64,000 bases of DNA, from NCBI GenBank assembly GCA_963778655.1, contig CAVZVA010000009.1:906235-970234 (forward strand). The letters run 5' to 3'. This DNA is from an uncultured delta proteobacterium (lineage in GTDB: Bacteria > Myxococcota_A > Polyangia > Polyangiales > JAFGIB01). The notes under the pieces were generated by a model. It saw nothing but the letters and a program-made list of their open reading frames with translations, was not told where the DNA came from and ran no database searches. Position numbers and translations under genes: made by a program. This document shows positions 27,501 through 37,800 of the stretch, piece after piece (positions within the stretch are counted from its first letter, which is position 1; every line of letters begins with the position of its first letter).

Positions 27501-28560
27501 TGCCAGCAAGCTGGCGGCGCGCCATCCCGGCTGGAAGCCGCTGTTGCGCACGGTCGAGGGGATGTACGCCCTGCTGCGCGGGGAGCCGGCAAACGCGCTC
27601 GTGCTTCTCGACGCCGAGCGCGCGCTATCGGGGCGCGTGCGCGCGTTACTTGCGCTGGGGCGCGCCGAAGAGGCGCATGCGCTGGCGCAGCGAGGGCTCA
27701 ACGATCCGGGTCGGGAGGGCGATCACCCGTTGTGGTTGCACCGCCTGCGCGCGGCCGCGGCGCTGGCACGCTCGGCGGCGGGCGACCCGGCCGGCGCGGC
27801 GCACGCGCTCGATGGCGACATCGAGCGTGCGGAGGCCGCGGGAGTCGGCGGCATGCTGCTCTGCGGCATGCACGAGGCGCGCGCCCGAATCGCGATCCAG
27901 ATGGACGATCGCAGTGCCTTTCGGCGGCACGTGCGCAAGCTCGGCGCGACCTACGGCCGTGGCACCTCCGCGCTGCGCGCGCGCTACGAGCAGCTCGGCG
28001 TGGCCGCGCGCCAGGCGCTGCTCTCCATGCCTCCGCCGCGCTCCGTGCCGGCGCCGAGCTCGCACTTTTCCGGCGCCTCGTCGGTGCGCTCGCTGCTCGA
28101 CTCGGCGATGACCCCCTCACAGCGCTTGCAGCTGGCGCTGCAAATCCTGGCCGACCAGGCGAGCTCGGCGCGCGGCTTTCTGTTCGCCATGCACGGCTCC
28201 GGTATGCGCGTGGCAGCCACGTTGGGCGGAGGGCCGCCCCCGGAGGGTCTGGACGACATGCTGGCCTTCTATCTCAGCGCAGAGCTGGACTCGGGTCCGG
28301 CAGCGCCCAGCGCCGCCGCGAGCATCACCGGCACCTTCGCGAGCGCGCCCGACATGGTGGCGTGGATCAACGACGGCCACAGCCTCTACTACCCGGTGCT
28401 GCTGAGCTGCGTGCGGGGCGAGCGCCGCGTGATCAGCGGCGTTGCCGTGCTCGCGCTGCCGGTCCAGCGCGACCCCAAGCTGCCGCCGGAGCTCGTCTCC
28501 GAGCTGAGCGGCGCGCTGCTCGATGCCGGCGACGTAGTGGGCGTGCAGGCGGCCGACTGA
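24505..28560 (+). CDS. Ser/Thr protein kinase fused to an AAA/STAND NTPase-like region and a long helical (TPR-like) C-terminus, paralogue 1
   Basis: ATG 24505 gives MANSQVLASIIPGSLIAGRYTVEHALGKGGMGTVYAV. Kinase motifs: LALKYL, HRDLSPRNV, DFG and PPYMAPE. The P-loop-like segment is GSAGSGRSRLL. About 900 aa of helical repeats follow. Confidence 0.88.
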   Translation: MANSQVLASIIPGSLIAGRYTVEHALGKGGMGTVYAVRDASSGRSLALKYLQREAAVEKGPAAALFQREYHTLAHLRHPRVIQVYDYGVDHGRPFYTMELLDGSDLRELAPVQWPRACRLLRDVASSLALLHSRRLLHRDLSPRNVRCTRDGQAKLIDFGTMAPMGLAKDVAGTPPYMAPEAIHGQVLDARTDLYALGALAYWTLTGYDAYPARDARELRQLWPRAILPPSAFAKGVPEALDALVMSLLSLDPQARPSHAAEVIERLTAVAALPPLDQPEVARAYLTSPTLVGHTETLNSFHRRLVRAVRGRGSSVLVRGSAGSGRSRLLQALVLEAKLNGVLVLAADAEDAQRGELGVLRALIERLVEAAPDLAASSFEPYAAVLGGLFRALHARLPNARPTSLLADRRAQLARELQAVREWLLAVSRERALMVAIDDADHADEASRACLTLLAGDAPHACLVVAAALESEQGHEALELLAAGAVHVALRPLDAEQSLRLLRSVFGDVPQLQVVADFIHTLAQGNPRTIMELAQYLVDRSIARYERGTFTLPETLRDQALPKSIEQALSTRIASLSPPARALAEALSLVTDHGHLELDEVVELSGPQGPKQAYGAVDELVASQVLVAAGSKHHLSHRGLAQALQRKLLPERRRLLHLRLAAVYEDRAMRAHGADARLLGAYHRYLGGDMDACLAAIASERLIADSAFRRTAEAAQMYDACVTHFEAAGLPPSRLYPLRKALLWLSSSTDPTMIKHAGPALAQLCHDSGRIYVEEITDEPDPVARIRRCIDRARSTYERADPSQRGLTPVEAIRELGTCTLMLTETYVLNNDAAALARLPDAIDPFRPLSAVLGLLRELASQALEALRGKDVAQRRLALLERLDLPLEGLEPRSQHAIRCSLIYWHAMDEAALGKPAVLERAAELERHPLYAPLGAQVRSVFHLFSGNEEEAERWQRRRERLSLQTPFSNFASTRGIIHEAFGYYLCGSVLGMRRTLQAASKLAARHPGWKPLLRTVEGMYALLRGEPANALVLLDAERALSGRVRALLALGRAEEAHALAQRGLNDPGREGDHPLWLHRLRAAAALARSAAGDPAGAAHALDGDIERAEAAGVGGMLLCGMHEARARIAIQMDDRSAFRRHVRKLGATYGRGTSALRARYEQLGVAARQALLSMPPPRSVPAPSSHFSGASSVRSLLDSAMTPSQRLQLALQILADQASSARGFLFAMHGSGMRVAATLGGGPPPEGLDDMLAFYLSAELDSGPAAPSAAASITGTFASAPDMVAWINDGHSLYYPVLLSCVRGERRVISGVAVLALPVQRDPKLPPELVSELSGALLDAGDVVGVQAAD

Positions 28561-28579
28561 GCGCGGCCGCCTGACGCCG

Positions 28580-29182
28580 CTATTTGCGCTTGTACGCGAG
28601 CTTGTAGCGGATCGCCTTGCTCAGGCGATCGCTCTTGAAGGTCACGCTGCGCTGCAGGGTCTTGCCGTCGGAGGACAGCGAGTACACGGTCGTCGTCGTG
28701 CCCTCGTCCCCGGACGAGACCTCGATCAAGCGCGATCCGTCGAAACGATGGGTGACCTTGATCGTGTACTTGCCATCCGGGCTCTTGACGTTCTCCGTCT
28801 TGCCGTCCTCGGTGGTGACGTTGGGCAGCTCGCCGGTCTTGATGCCGATTTGGCTGCCCTTGACGTCGATCACGATCACGTCGAAGAAGTGGTCCTCCAT
28901 CGCCTTCTTGATCATGAAACGCATCACCATGTTGAGGTCGGACAGCCCTTCATCGAGGGCCTTGTCCACGATGGCGATGCCTTGATCCTTGCTCCCGGCG
29001 TACTTGTACTTGCCCGAGAACTTGGCCAGAGCCGGCGGCGACTCGGCGTGGACGAGCGCCACGCCGCAAATCAAGGTCAGCCCGGCGCTCAGCGCGCACA
29101 GCGCGTGGCGCAACCGCCCCCGGCTCGTCATCCCTGCTCGCGTTTGCTCCTGCGTCGTTGTCTGCACGGCTCGACTCCTCAC
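28580..29182 (-). CDS. secreted hypothetical protein (beta-rich, Lys-rich)
   Basis: A signal-like segment LRHALCALSAGLTLICGVALVHAES is present. The mature part has alternating beta-type patterns (KYTIKVTHRFDGSRLIEVSS, TTTTVYSLSSDGKTLQRSVTF). The start is more likely ATG 29131. I recognise no family. Confidence 0.6.
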   Translation of the reverse strand: MRSRAVQTTTQEQTRAGMTSRGRLRHALCALSAGLTLICGVALVHAESPPALAKFSGKYKYAGSKDQGIAIVDKALDEGLSDLNMVMRFMIKKAMEDHFFDVIVIDVKGSQIGIKTGELPNVTTEDGKTENVKSPDGKYTIKVTHRFDGSRLIEVSSGDEGTTTTVYSLSSDGKTLQRSVTFKSDRLSKAIRYKLAYKRK

Positions 29183-29290
29183 GTGGGCTTTCGACGGCGC
29201 GGCCCCCGTTCTTGTTCAATCGCGACTGGTTTCAGGTGGTTCCAAAGCTTGCGACATCCTCGAAGCGAAGCGCATCGGCGCCGGCCCGGC

Positions 29291-30550
29291 CTACGGCGCG
29301 CCCCCTAGGGAGCACGCAGGCGAGACGGCCGAATGACTGCTCTTGACCGCCTTGATCCACTCGTCGGCACACTGGGCGCTGGCCTTGTCCTTCTTGGCCT
29401 CGCCCAGCGAGGCCAGTGCGGCGTCCTTGCGCTTGGTCTTGTAGTGGGCGATGCCGAGCAGCAGGTGGGCCTCGCCGGCCGCCTTCAGGCCGCCAAGCTG
29501 GAAGGCCTTGCTTAGCGCGTCGCGCGCCTTCGTCCACTTGCCGCGGACCAATTCGAGCCGCCCAATCTCCTGATACAGGTTGCCCGAGCCGACACCGTCG
29601 CCGGCGCGGGCCAGCACGGCCTCGGCGTGTTCCACGTCCTTGCCGGCCACCCAGCAGGTGGCGAGCAGATCGAGGTTCTCCGGCGACTTGCTGACCTTGC
29701 CGGCGCTCATCTGCTTGTCGAGCAGCGCCGCGCCCTTCAGCGCGGCGCCCGCTCGCAGGTACATCCGCGCGAGATTGACCAGGTCCTTCTCCTCGGTCAG
29801 CAGACCCTTGCCGTTCGCGGTCTCGAGCGTGGCCAGCGCCTTGTCTTCCTTGCCCATCGCTTCGTAGGTGGCGGAGAGCTGGAGCCAGTACTCCTTCTTG
29901 GGGAAGCTCGCGACCAGGCGCTCGAGCACCGCGGCCACCTGCGGATCCTGCTTGAGCTCGTAGTGCAGCGAGAGCAGCAGCTGCAGCCAGGGCTCCTTGG
30001 GCTCCTTCATGCCGGCGACGGCCTTCTTGGCGTAGGGCAGGCCCTCGGCAAAACGGTGTGCTTGGGCGAAGGCGCTCGCGATCAGGTAGTAGTTGTCTGG
30101 CGTGGGGCTCTTGGCCCGCTTCTCCCACTTCGCGAAGGCGTCCGCCGACTCGGAAAAGCGCTCGGCCGTAAAATAGGCCTCGGCCAGGTTGAACTCGGCG
30201 TCGAGCTGCTGGGCCTCGGGCATGGCATGGGGCGCGACCGCCTGCTCCATGTCCTTGACCACCTCGTCTGTCTTGTTCATTGCGAAGTGAATGCCGGCCC
30301 GCGCCGACCACAGCATCGCCCGCTCGTAGGGGTTGAGGTACTTGTGCTCGGCGATGCGATCGAGCGCCGCCAGCGCTTCGGCCCACTTCTTGTCCTGCGC
30401 GAGCTCGCCGACCTTCTTGAGCTGCTCGGCGACCTTCAGCGTGATCGTGTACTGCGGTTTCTCACTGTCGCTGCCCTTGCCGCTGTGCGCGCAACCGAGC
30501 AAGCACGCGGCGGTCAGACCCAAGCAGACGAGCTGGCGAAGTAGCGGCAT
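29291..30550 (-). CDS. TPR-repeat lipoprotein
   Basis: The signal/lipobox is MPLLRQLVCLGLTAACLLGCAHSG. Repeated 34-aa TPR-like units follow (W..A......A......P.. pattern, for example KKWAEALAALDRIAEHKYLNPYERAMLWSARAGIHF). Confidence 0.8.
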   Translation of the reverse strand: MPLLRQLVCLGLTAACLLGCAHSGKGSDSEKPQYTITLKVAEQLKKVGELAQDKKWAEALAALDRIAEHKYLNPYERAMLWSARAGIHFAMNKTDEVVKDMEQAVAPHAMPEAQQLDAEFNLAEAYFTAERFSESADAFAKWEKRAKSPTPDNYYLIASAFAQAHRFAEGLPYAKKAVAGMKEPKEPWLQLLLSLHYELKQDPQVAAVLERLVASFPKKEYWLQLSATYEAMGKEDKALATLETANGKGLLTEEKDLVNLARMYLRAGAALKGAALLDKQMSAGKVSKSPENLDLLATCWVAGKDVEHAEAVLARAGDGVGSGNLYQEIGRLELVRGKWTKARDALSKAFQLGGLKAAGEAHLLLGIAHYKTKRKDAALASLGEAKKDKASAQCADEWIKAVKSSHSAVSPACSLGGAP

Positions 30551-30947
30551 GGCTCTCCTCGAACCCAGGGTGACGCGCAGCGTGGGCCCGACGTCGTGGC
30601 CGGCGCGAGCACGCCCGGCGCCGTGTCTGGCTCCACGTATGCGCGTGATGTGGGGAAGGGTAGTGGACGCGCGCGCCGTGGATCAAGGACGCGCGCGAGC
30701 AGGCGCGTTCGAAATTTAATTCAAAATTCGGCGCGGGCCGGCGCCCGCCCTTCGGGCGCCCTCGGGCGCCCTCCGCCGCAGCCTCGTGGCGATCGTCTAA
30801 CTCAATGAGATCGCACTCGTTTTTTCTCTTCGCCGGGTCCGCGAGATTCTGCTAAGGTACGCGCGATTGAAGCCGGGGCCGACCTGCACCGCAGGGGCGG
30901 CGCGGGCCCCCGGCGTGCTGCAGCGAGACGAGGTCGTGCCTCACACG

Positions 30948-31667
30948 ATGTTCACAGACGGGTTTCTGGAGACCGTGCGCCGCTGGGACGGCACCCTGCT
31001 CGGCCCGAGCGCCGAGAACCGGCGGCTCGAGGGCGTTCGCGTGTTCAAGAGCGACTGGTTCGAGCGCTACTTCGCGCAAGCCCACCCGATCATGCCCGGC
31101 GTGTTCTGGGGGCCGATCATCGCGACCTGCATCTATGCGACCGCGGCCGATCCGCGCTTCGAGGTGCTCACGGCGCTCTCGGGCTTCGTGCTCGGTCTGC
31201 TGGCGTGGACGCTGCTCGAGTACTTGCTGCACCGCTACGTCTTCCACCTCAGTCCCGACAACAGCTTCGAGAGCAAGCTGCGCCAGTTCATGGTCCACGG
31301 CTACCATCACGAGTTTCCCAACGACCGCATGCGCCTGGTCGCGCCGCTGCTGCTCAGCCTGCCGATCGCGGTGGTGATCTTGCTGCTCTACGTGATGGTG
31401 CTCGGCCGCTACCACTTCATGATGTGCTTCGCCGGGACCGCGGCCGGATACGTCGCCTACGACTGGACGCACTACTACACCCACCACTTCCGCCCGACCA
31501 CGCGGGTCGGTCGCTTCCTGCGGCGCTACCATATGGAGCACCACTACAAGGACAGCGAGTCGCACTTCGGCATCAGCTCGCCGCTCTGGGATTGGGTGTT
31601 TGGAACGGCCAAGGGCCGTAGCGACGCCTCAGGTCCCGATCAAACGATCGCCACGACCGACGCGTAG
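30948..31667 (+). CDS. fatty acid hydroxylase superfamily protein (di-iron His-box membrane hydroxylase/desaturase)
   Basis: His boxes are present: HRYVFH, HGYHHEF, HYYTHH and HMEHHY. There are four hydrophobic segments. The ORF-track start (TTG 30867) is possible; I prefer ATG 30948. Confidence 0.8.
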   Translation: MFTDGFLETVRRWDGTLLGPSAENRRLEGVRVFKSDWFERYFAQAHPIMPGVFWGPIIATCIYATAADPRFEVLTALSGFVLGLLAWTLLEYLLHRYVFHLSPDNSFESKLRQFMVHGYHHEFPNDRMRLVAPLLLSLPIAVVILLLYVMVLGRYHFMMCFAGTAAGYVAYDWTHYYTHHFRPTTRVGRFLRRYHMEHHYKDSESHFGISSPLWDWVFGTAKGRSDASGPDQTIATTDA

Positions 31668-31791
31668 CTGCCCGCCGCGCGGAGCCGGTGCCGCACGGGC
31701 GGCGTGCTTGACGGCCCGCGTCCAGCGTGGAAATGAGCGGGCGGGAGGGCCGCGTGACCCTGGCGGTCCCAAGAGCTTGGAGAGCAGGACG

Positions 31792-32910
31792 ATGAGAGTC
31801 GGGTTCATTGGCTGGCGCGGCATGGTCGGATCAGTGTTGATGCAGCGCATGCGCGAGCAGGGCGACTTTGCCGGGCTCGAGCCCAGTTTCTTTTCGACCT
31901 CCGCGGCGGGCGGGGAGGGCCCCCGCATCGACGGCCGCAGCCACGCGCTGCTCGACGCCTATGACCTCGCTGCCTTGCACAAGCTGCCGGTGCTGGTGAG
32001 CTGTCAGGGCAGCGAGCACACCCAGGAGGTCTACCCGCGCCTGCGCGCCGAGGGCTGGGACGGGTACTTCATCGATGCTGCCAGGGCGCTGCGCATGAAC
32101 GACGACGCGGTGCTGGTCCTCGACCCGGTCAACCGCAAGGTGATCGACGCCGGGCTGGCGCGTGGGATCAAGACGTTCTGCGGCCCCAACTGCACCGTCA
32201 GCCTGATGTTGATGGCGATCGACGGGCTGCTCAAGGCCGGGCTGGTCGAGTGGGTGAGCAGCATGACCTACCAGGCCGCCTCCGGGGCCGGGGCGCAGAC
32301 CATGCGCGAGCTGATCGCGCAGATGGCGATGGTCGGCGAGGCGGCGCGCCCGCTGCTGGAGGATCCCGCGATCGGGGCGCTCGAGATCGACGCGCGCGTG
32401 CTGCAGACCATCCGCAGCCCGGAGCTGCCGATCGAGCACTGCGGCGCGCCGCTGGCCGCGAGCCTGATTCCGTGGATCGACAAGGCCGTCGAAGGCGGGC
32501 AGACGCTGGAGGAGTGGAAGGCGCACGCCGAGGGCAACAAGATCCTGGGCGCGTCGCCGGAGATCCCGTTCGACGGCGCGTGCGTGCGGGTCGGCGCGAT
32601 GCGCTGTCACTCGCAGGGCCTGACCATCAAGCTCAAGCGCGACGTGCCGCTGCCGGACGTGACGGCACAGCTGGCCGCGGGCAATCCCTGGGTCCGGGTG
32701 GTGCAAAACGAGCGCGCCGAGACGCTGCAGCAGCTCACCCCGGCGGCCGTGAGCGGCCGGCTCGAGGTGGCGATCGGCCGCATTCGCAAGCTGCGCATGG
32801 GGCCCGAGTACCTGACCGCGTTCACGGTGGGTGACCAGCTGTTGTGGGGTGCCGCGGAGCCTCTGCGGCGTATGCTCGGGATCCTGCGCGAGCACCTCGG
32901 CAGCGCTTGA
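31792..32910 (+). CDS. asd: aspartate-semialdehyde dehydrogenase
   Basis: ATG 31792 gives MRVGFIGWRGMVGSVLMQRMREQGDF. The active-site region GPNCTVSLMLMAI and the segment VRVGAMRCHSQ are present. The ORF-track start at 31600 adds a spurious leader. Confidence 0.93.
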   Translation: MRVGFIGWRGMVGSVLMQRMREQGDFAGLEPSFFSTSAAGGEGPRIDGRSHALLDAYDLAALHKLPVLVSCQGSEHTQEVYPRLRAEGWDGYFIDAARALRMNDDAVLVLDPVNRKVIDAGLARGIKTFCGPNCTVSLMLMAIDGLLKAGLVEWVSSMTYQAASGAGAQTMRELIAQMAMVGEAARPLLEDPAIGALEIDARVLQTIRSPELPIEHCGAPLAASLIPWIDKAVEGGQTLEEWKAHAEGNKILGASPEIPFDGACVRVGAMRCHSQGLTIKLKRDVPLPDVTAQLAAGNPWVRVVQNERAETLQQLTPAAVSGRLEVAIGRIRKLRMGPEYLTAFTVGDQLLWGAAEPLRRMLGILREHLGSA

Positions 32911-33087
32911 GCCGAGGCCGGCCCGGGCCCGCGCGAGCCGATCAGGCGCGCTAATCGCACGAAACTACTGGCTGATCCTTGCAAAGTCGGGCCCGGGTCC
33001 GTGCCGCTGCAAGGGAGCACGGGGAGCAGCCCAAGTCTTCCGGGGATACTGGACAAGTCTTCCGCAGCCTGGCTAGGATGTCCTCAT

Positions 33088-33492
33088 ATGGGGACACGAG
33101 ACGACGGCGGGCGGTTGAAGTCGGGCTCAGATGCGCCGGGGGGATTCGAGGAGCGCGGCACGGACGCCGGAGCCCTGCCCTCGTATTGGCCCAAGCGCAT
33201 GACCGAGGCGGTGCTGGCCGAGTCCGCCAGTCCCAGCTGGAGCAACGCCGCGGAGCCCGAGGAGCCGCTCTGGGAGCGTTGGTTCGAACGCGCGCTCGAG
33301 GAAGGGGTCGACGAGGAGCTGGCGAGCCTGGGCCGCAGGTTGATGCGGCAGGCCCGCCGGCAGCGCTGGGACCGCGAGCGCCGCGCCGAGTGCGGCTGGC
33401 TCGACCAGGGCGATGCCATGCTCGAGCTCGCCCTGCTCGACAGCGAGCGCGCGCGCGCCCGCTGGCAAGCCTTACTCGACGGCGAGCAGTGA
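33088..33492 (+). CDS. hypothetical protein (acidic/Arg-rich, helical)
   Basis: The frame has strong GC3 bias. The 134-aa product has no recognisable motifs. The start is uncertain (ATG 33088 or a later Met). Its stop lies 1 nt from the convergent thiolase stop. Confidence 0.4.
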   Translation: MGTRDDGGRLKSGSDAPGGFEERGTDAGALPSYWPKRMTEAVLAESASPSWSNAAEPEEPLWERWFERALEEGVDEELASLGRRLMRQARRQRWDRERRAECGWLDQGDAMLELALLDSERARARWQALLDGEQ

Positions 33493-33493
33493 C

Positions 33494-34699
<1,206 letters not shown>

Positions 34700-34811
34700 G
34701 GTCTTCTCCGAAAAGGGCACCGGCCGCGCCGGCCCGGGGGCCCGACTTTCCAAGCTCTAGCACACGGGGGCCCCGGCGCGGAGGCCTGCGCGGCCTGACG
34801 GGCGGGCGGCT

Positions 34812-37800
34812 ATGCCCTATCATGGGACGAACCAGATCGGCTGGCTCATGAGCACCCTGCCGCGCACCGTTCCGAGCCCCAGCACGATGTCGTTCGTCAG
34901 CGGCCGCTTCGAGATCAAGCGCCGGCTGGGCGAGGGCAGCATGGGGGCGGTCTACCTGGCCTTCGACCGCGAGCGAGGCGCGGACGTGGCGCTCAAGACC
35001 TTGCGGCGCGTGGACGCGGTAGGCATCTACCGCTTCAAGCGCGAGTTCCGCGCGCTCTCCGATGTGATCCACCCCAACCTGGTCGCGCTCTACGACCTGT
35101 TTCAGGAGGGCGACCTCTGGTACTTCACCATGGAGCACGTGCAGGGAGTCGACTTCCTGCGCTACGTGCACGGCGCTTCGCACAGTCAAGGCGCATGGCA
35201 AACGCCGCGCTCGACCCCGGAGGGCGCCGCCTTCGTGGCGCCGGTGCAGGGCGGCCCGCGCGAGCCGCAGACCCGCGGGCTCGAGCTGCTCTTTCCTTCA
35301 CCGCTGCAAGACGAGGACCGGCTGCGAGAGGTGCTGATCCAGATCGCGCGCGGCCTGCTCGCGATCCACGCCGCAGGCAAGCTCCACCGCGACCTCAAGT
35401 CCGACAACGTGATCGTCAGCAGCGATGGACGCGCCAAGGTGCTCGACTTCGGCATCGTGATCGATCGCGCGCCTGGGCCGCACGGCACGCTCGAGCTCGG
35501 GGTGATGGGCACGCCGGCGTACATGTCGCCCGAGCAGGCCGCGGGGCGGCCCGTCGACGAGTCGACCGACTGGTACGCGTTCGGGGTGATGTTGTACGAG
35601 GCGCTCACCGGCAACGTGCCCTTCGACGGCAGCTACCTCGACGTGATGAGCCAGAAGCAGCACATCGATCCCACGCCGCCGTCGCAGGTGGTGAGCTCGG
35701 TGCCGCACGACCTCGACGACTTGTGCCTGCGGCTGCTGCTGCGTGACCCCAGCGCGCGCCCGCAGGGGCTTGCGGTGCTGCGAGCGCTCGAGCACCGGCG
35801 TCCGCCGTCCCTGCGGCCGCCGGCGGCCGCGGTCCCCTCCAGCTCGAGCGTGCCGGCCGAGCCCGACGCGCCGTTCGTGGGTCGTGCCGACGAGCTGGTC
35901 GCGCTGCGACGTCATCTCGGCGAGACCGATCGCGGCCGGCCCGTGGTCACGTTGGTGCAAGGGCCGTCGGGCATCGGCAAGACCACGCTGGTCGAGCGCT
36001 TCATCGCCGAGGTGCGGGCGGACCGCGACGCGGTCGTGCTCAAGGGCCGCTGCTACGAGCGCGAGGCGGTGCCGTTCAAGGCGTTCGACAGTCTGATCGA
36101 CGCGCTGAGCCGGCACTTGCGGCGGCTGCCGGGCGTGGAGGCGGCTGAGATCCTGCCGCGCGACATCCTGGCCTTGGCGCACCTGTTTCCGGTGCTCAAG
36201 CGCGTGGACGTGGTGGCTGCCGCGCGCCGCCGCGCGGGCTTGCCGCTGGATCGGCAGGAGATTCGGCGCCGCGCCTTTTCGGCGCTCAAGGAGCTGCTCT
36301 GCCGGCTGGCGGATCGCGCGCCGCTGCTGCTGTTCATCGACGACCTGCAGTGGGGCGACATGGACAGCGCACAGCTGATTAGCGAGCTGATCGCGGGCGC
36401 CGACGCGCCGGCGATGCTGCTGCTGCTGGCGCACCGCAGCAGCGAGACCACCGAGAGCCCGTGCCTGCAGGCGCTGTCCGAGCACGTCCGCGACAGCGAG
36501 GAGCTGGAGGTCCACGATCTCCAGCTGCGGCCGCTCAGCGAGCAGGAGAGTGTCGAGCTCGCCCGGCAGCTTTTGGGACCGGCCGTCGCCGGCGCCGCCA
36601 GCGGGGTCGGGCTGGAATCGCGCGGCAGCCCGCACCTGCTCACCGAGCTGGCGCGCCACGTGCTGCTGCGGCGCAGCGCCGGCACCGCCTCGCCCGACAC
36701 CCAGCGCGGGCTGGTCACCTTCGAGCGCGCGTTGATGAAGCGCGTCGCAGAGCTCAGCCCGGGGGCGCGCACCTTGCTCGAGCTGCTGTCGGTCGCGGGC
36801 CGGCCGGTGCTCGAGGAGAGCCTGCAGCTGGTCTCGAGCTTCGACATCGACCTGCAGCAGGCGGTGACCGAGCTGCGCGGGGCGAAGCTGGTGCGCGGAG
36901 TCGGCACCCACGCACAGCGCGCGATCGAGACCTACCACGACCGCATTCGCGAGGCCGTGGTGGCCGCGCTCGAGCCCGTGCAGCTCGAGCTATGGCACAA
37001 GCGCCTGGCCAGCACGCTGGAGGCGACCGGCTCGGGCGACCTCGAGGCGATCGTCGAGCACCTGCTCGGCGGCGGTGACAGCAAGCGCGCGCAGATCTAC
37101 GCCATCCGCGCGGCCACCCAGGCGGCCGAGGCTCTCGCGTTCGAGAAGGCGGCGCGATTGTTCGCGATTGCGGTCGAAAACCAGGACGATCAGGGCTGGA
37201 GCCACGAGCTGCTGGTGCGTTGGGCCGATTCGCTGGTCAACGCCGGCCACGCGCGGCGCGCCGCAGCGGTGTATTTCGACGCGGCCCATTCGGCGCCGGA
37301 GCCCGAGGCCAAGGTGTTGCGGCGCAAGGCCGGGCTGCAGCTGCTGGCCAGCGGCCACGAGGAAGAGGCGCTCGAGCTGCTCGGCGGCACGCTGCAGCAG
37401 CTGGGCGTGGACATTCCCGCAAGCGCGGAGGCAGGCGCGGCCCAGCTCTTGGTGCTGCGGGCGCGGATCGGCGAGCGCGGCTTCGGGCTCGGCGCCGCGC
37501 GCGCGGAGCGCTCCGCGGCCGATCTCGAGCGGGTCGACATGCTGTGGACGCTCACCCTCAGCATGACGCAGACCGATCCGGATCGTGCCCTGCAGCTGGT
37601 CGCGCGCCACCTGCTCGAGGCGCTGGAGCTCGGCGACCCGGCGCGCGCGGTGCGCGCCCTGTGCCTGTATCACAACGCGATCGACGCGCCGCTGAGCGCG
37701 CTCGAGGGGCGTGCGCCGCAGGGCGCGCTCGCGGCTGCCGAGGCGCTCGAGCGGAGTCTCGGCCTGCCCGATGCCCAAGCACGGGTGCAGCTCGCTCACG

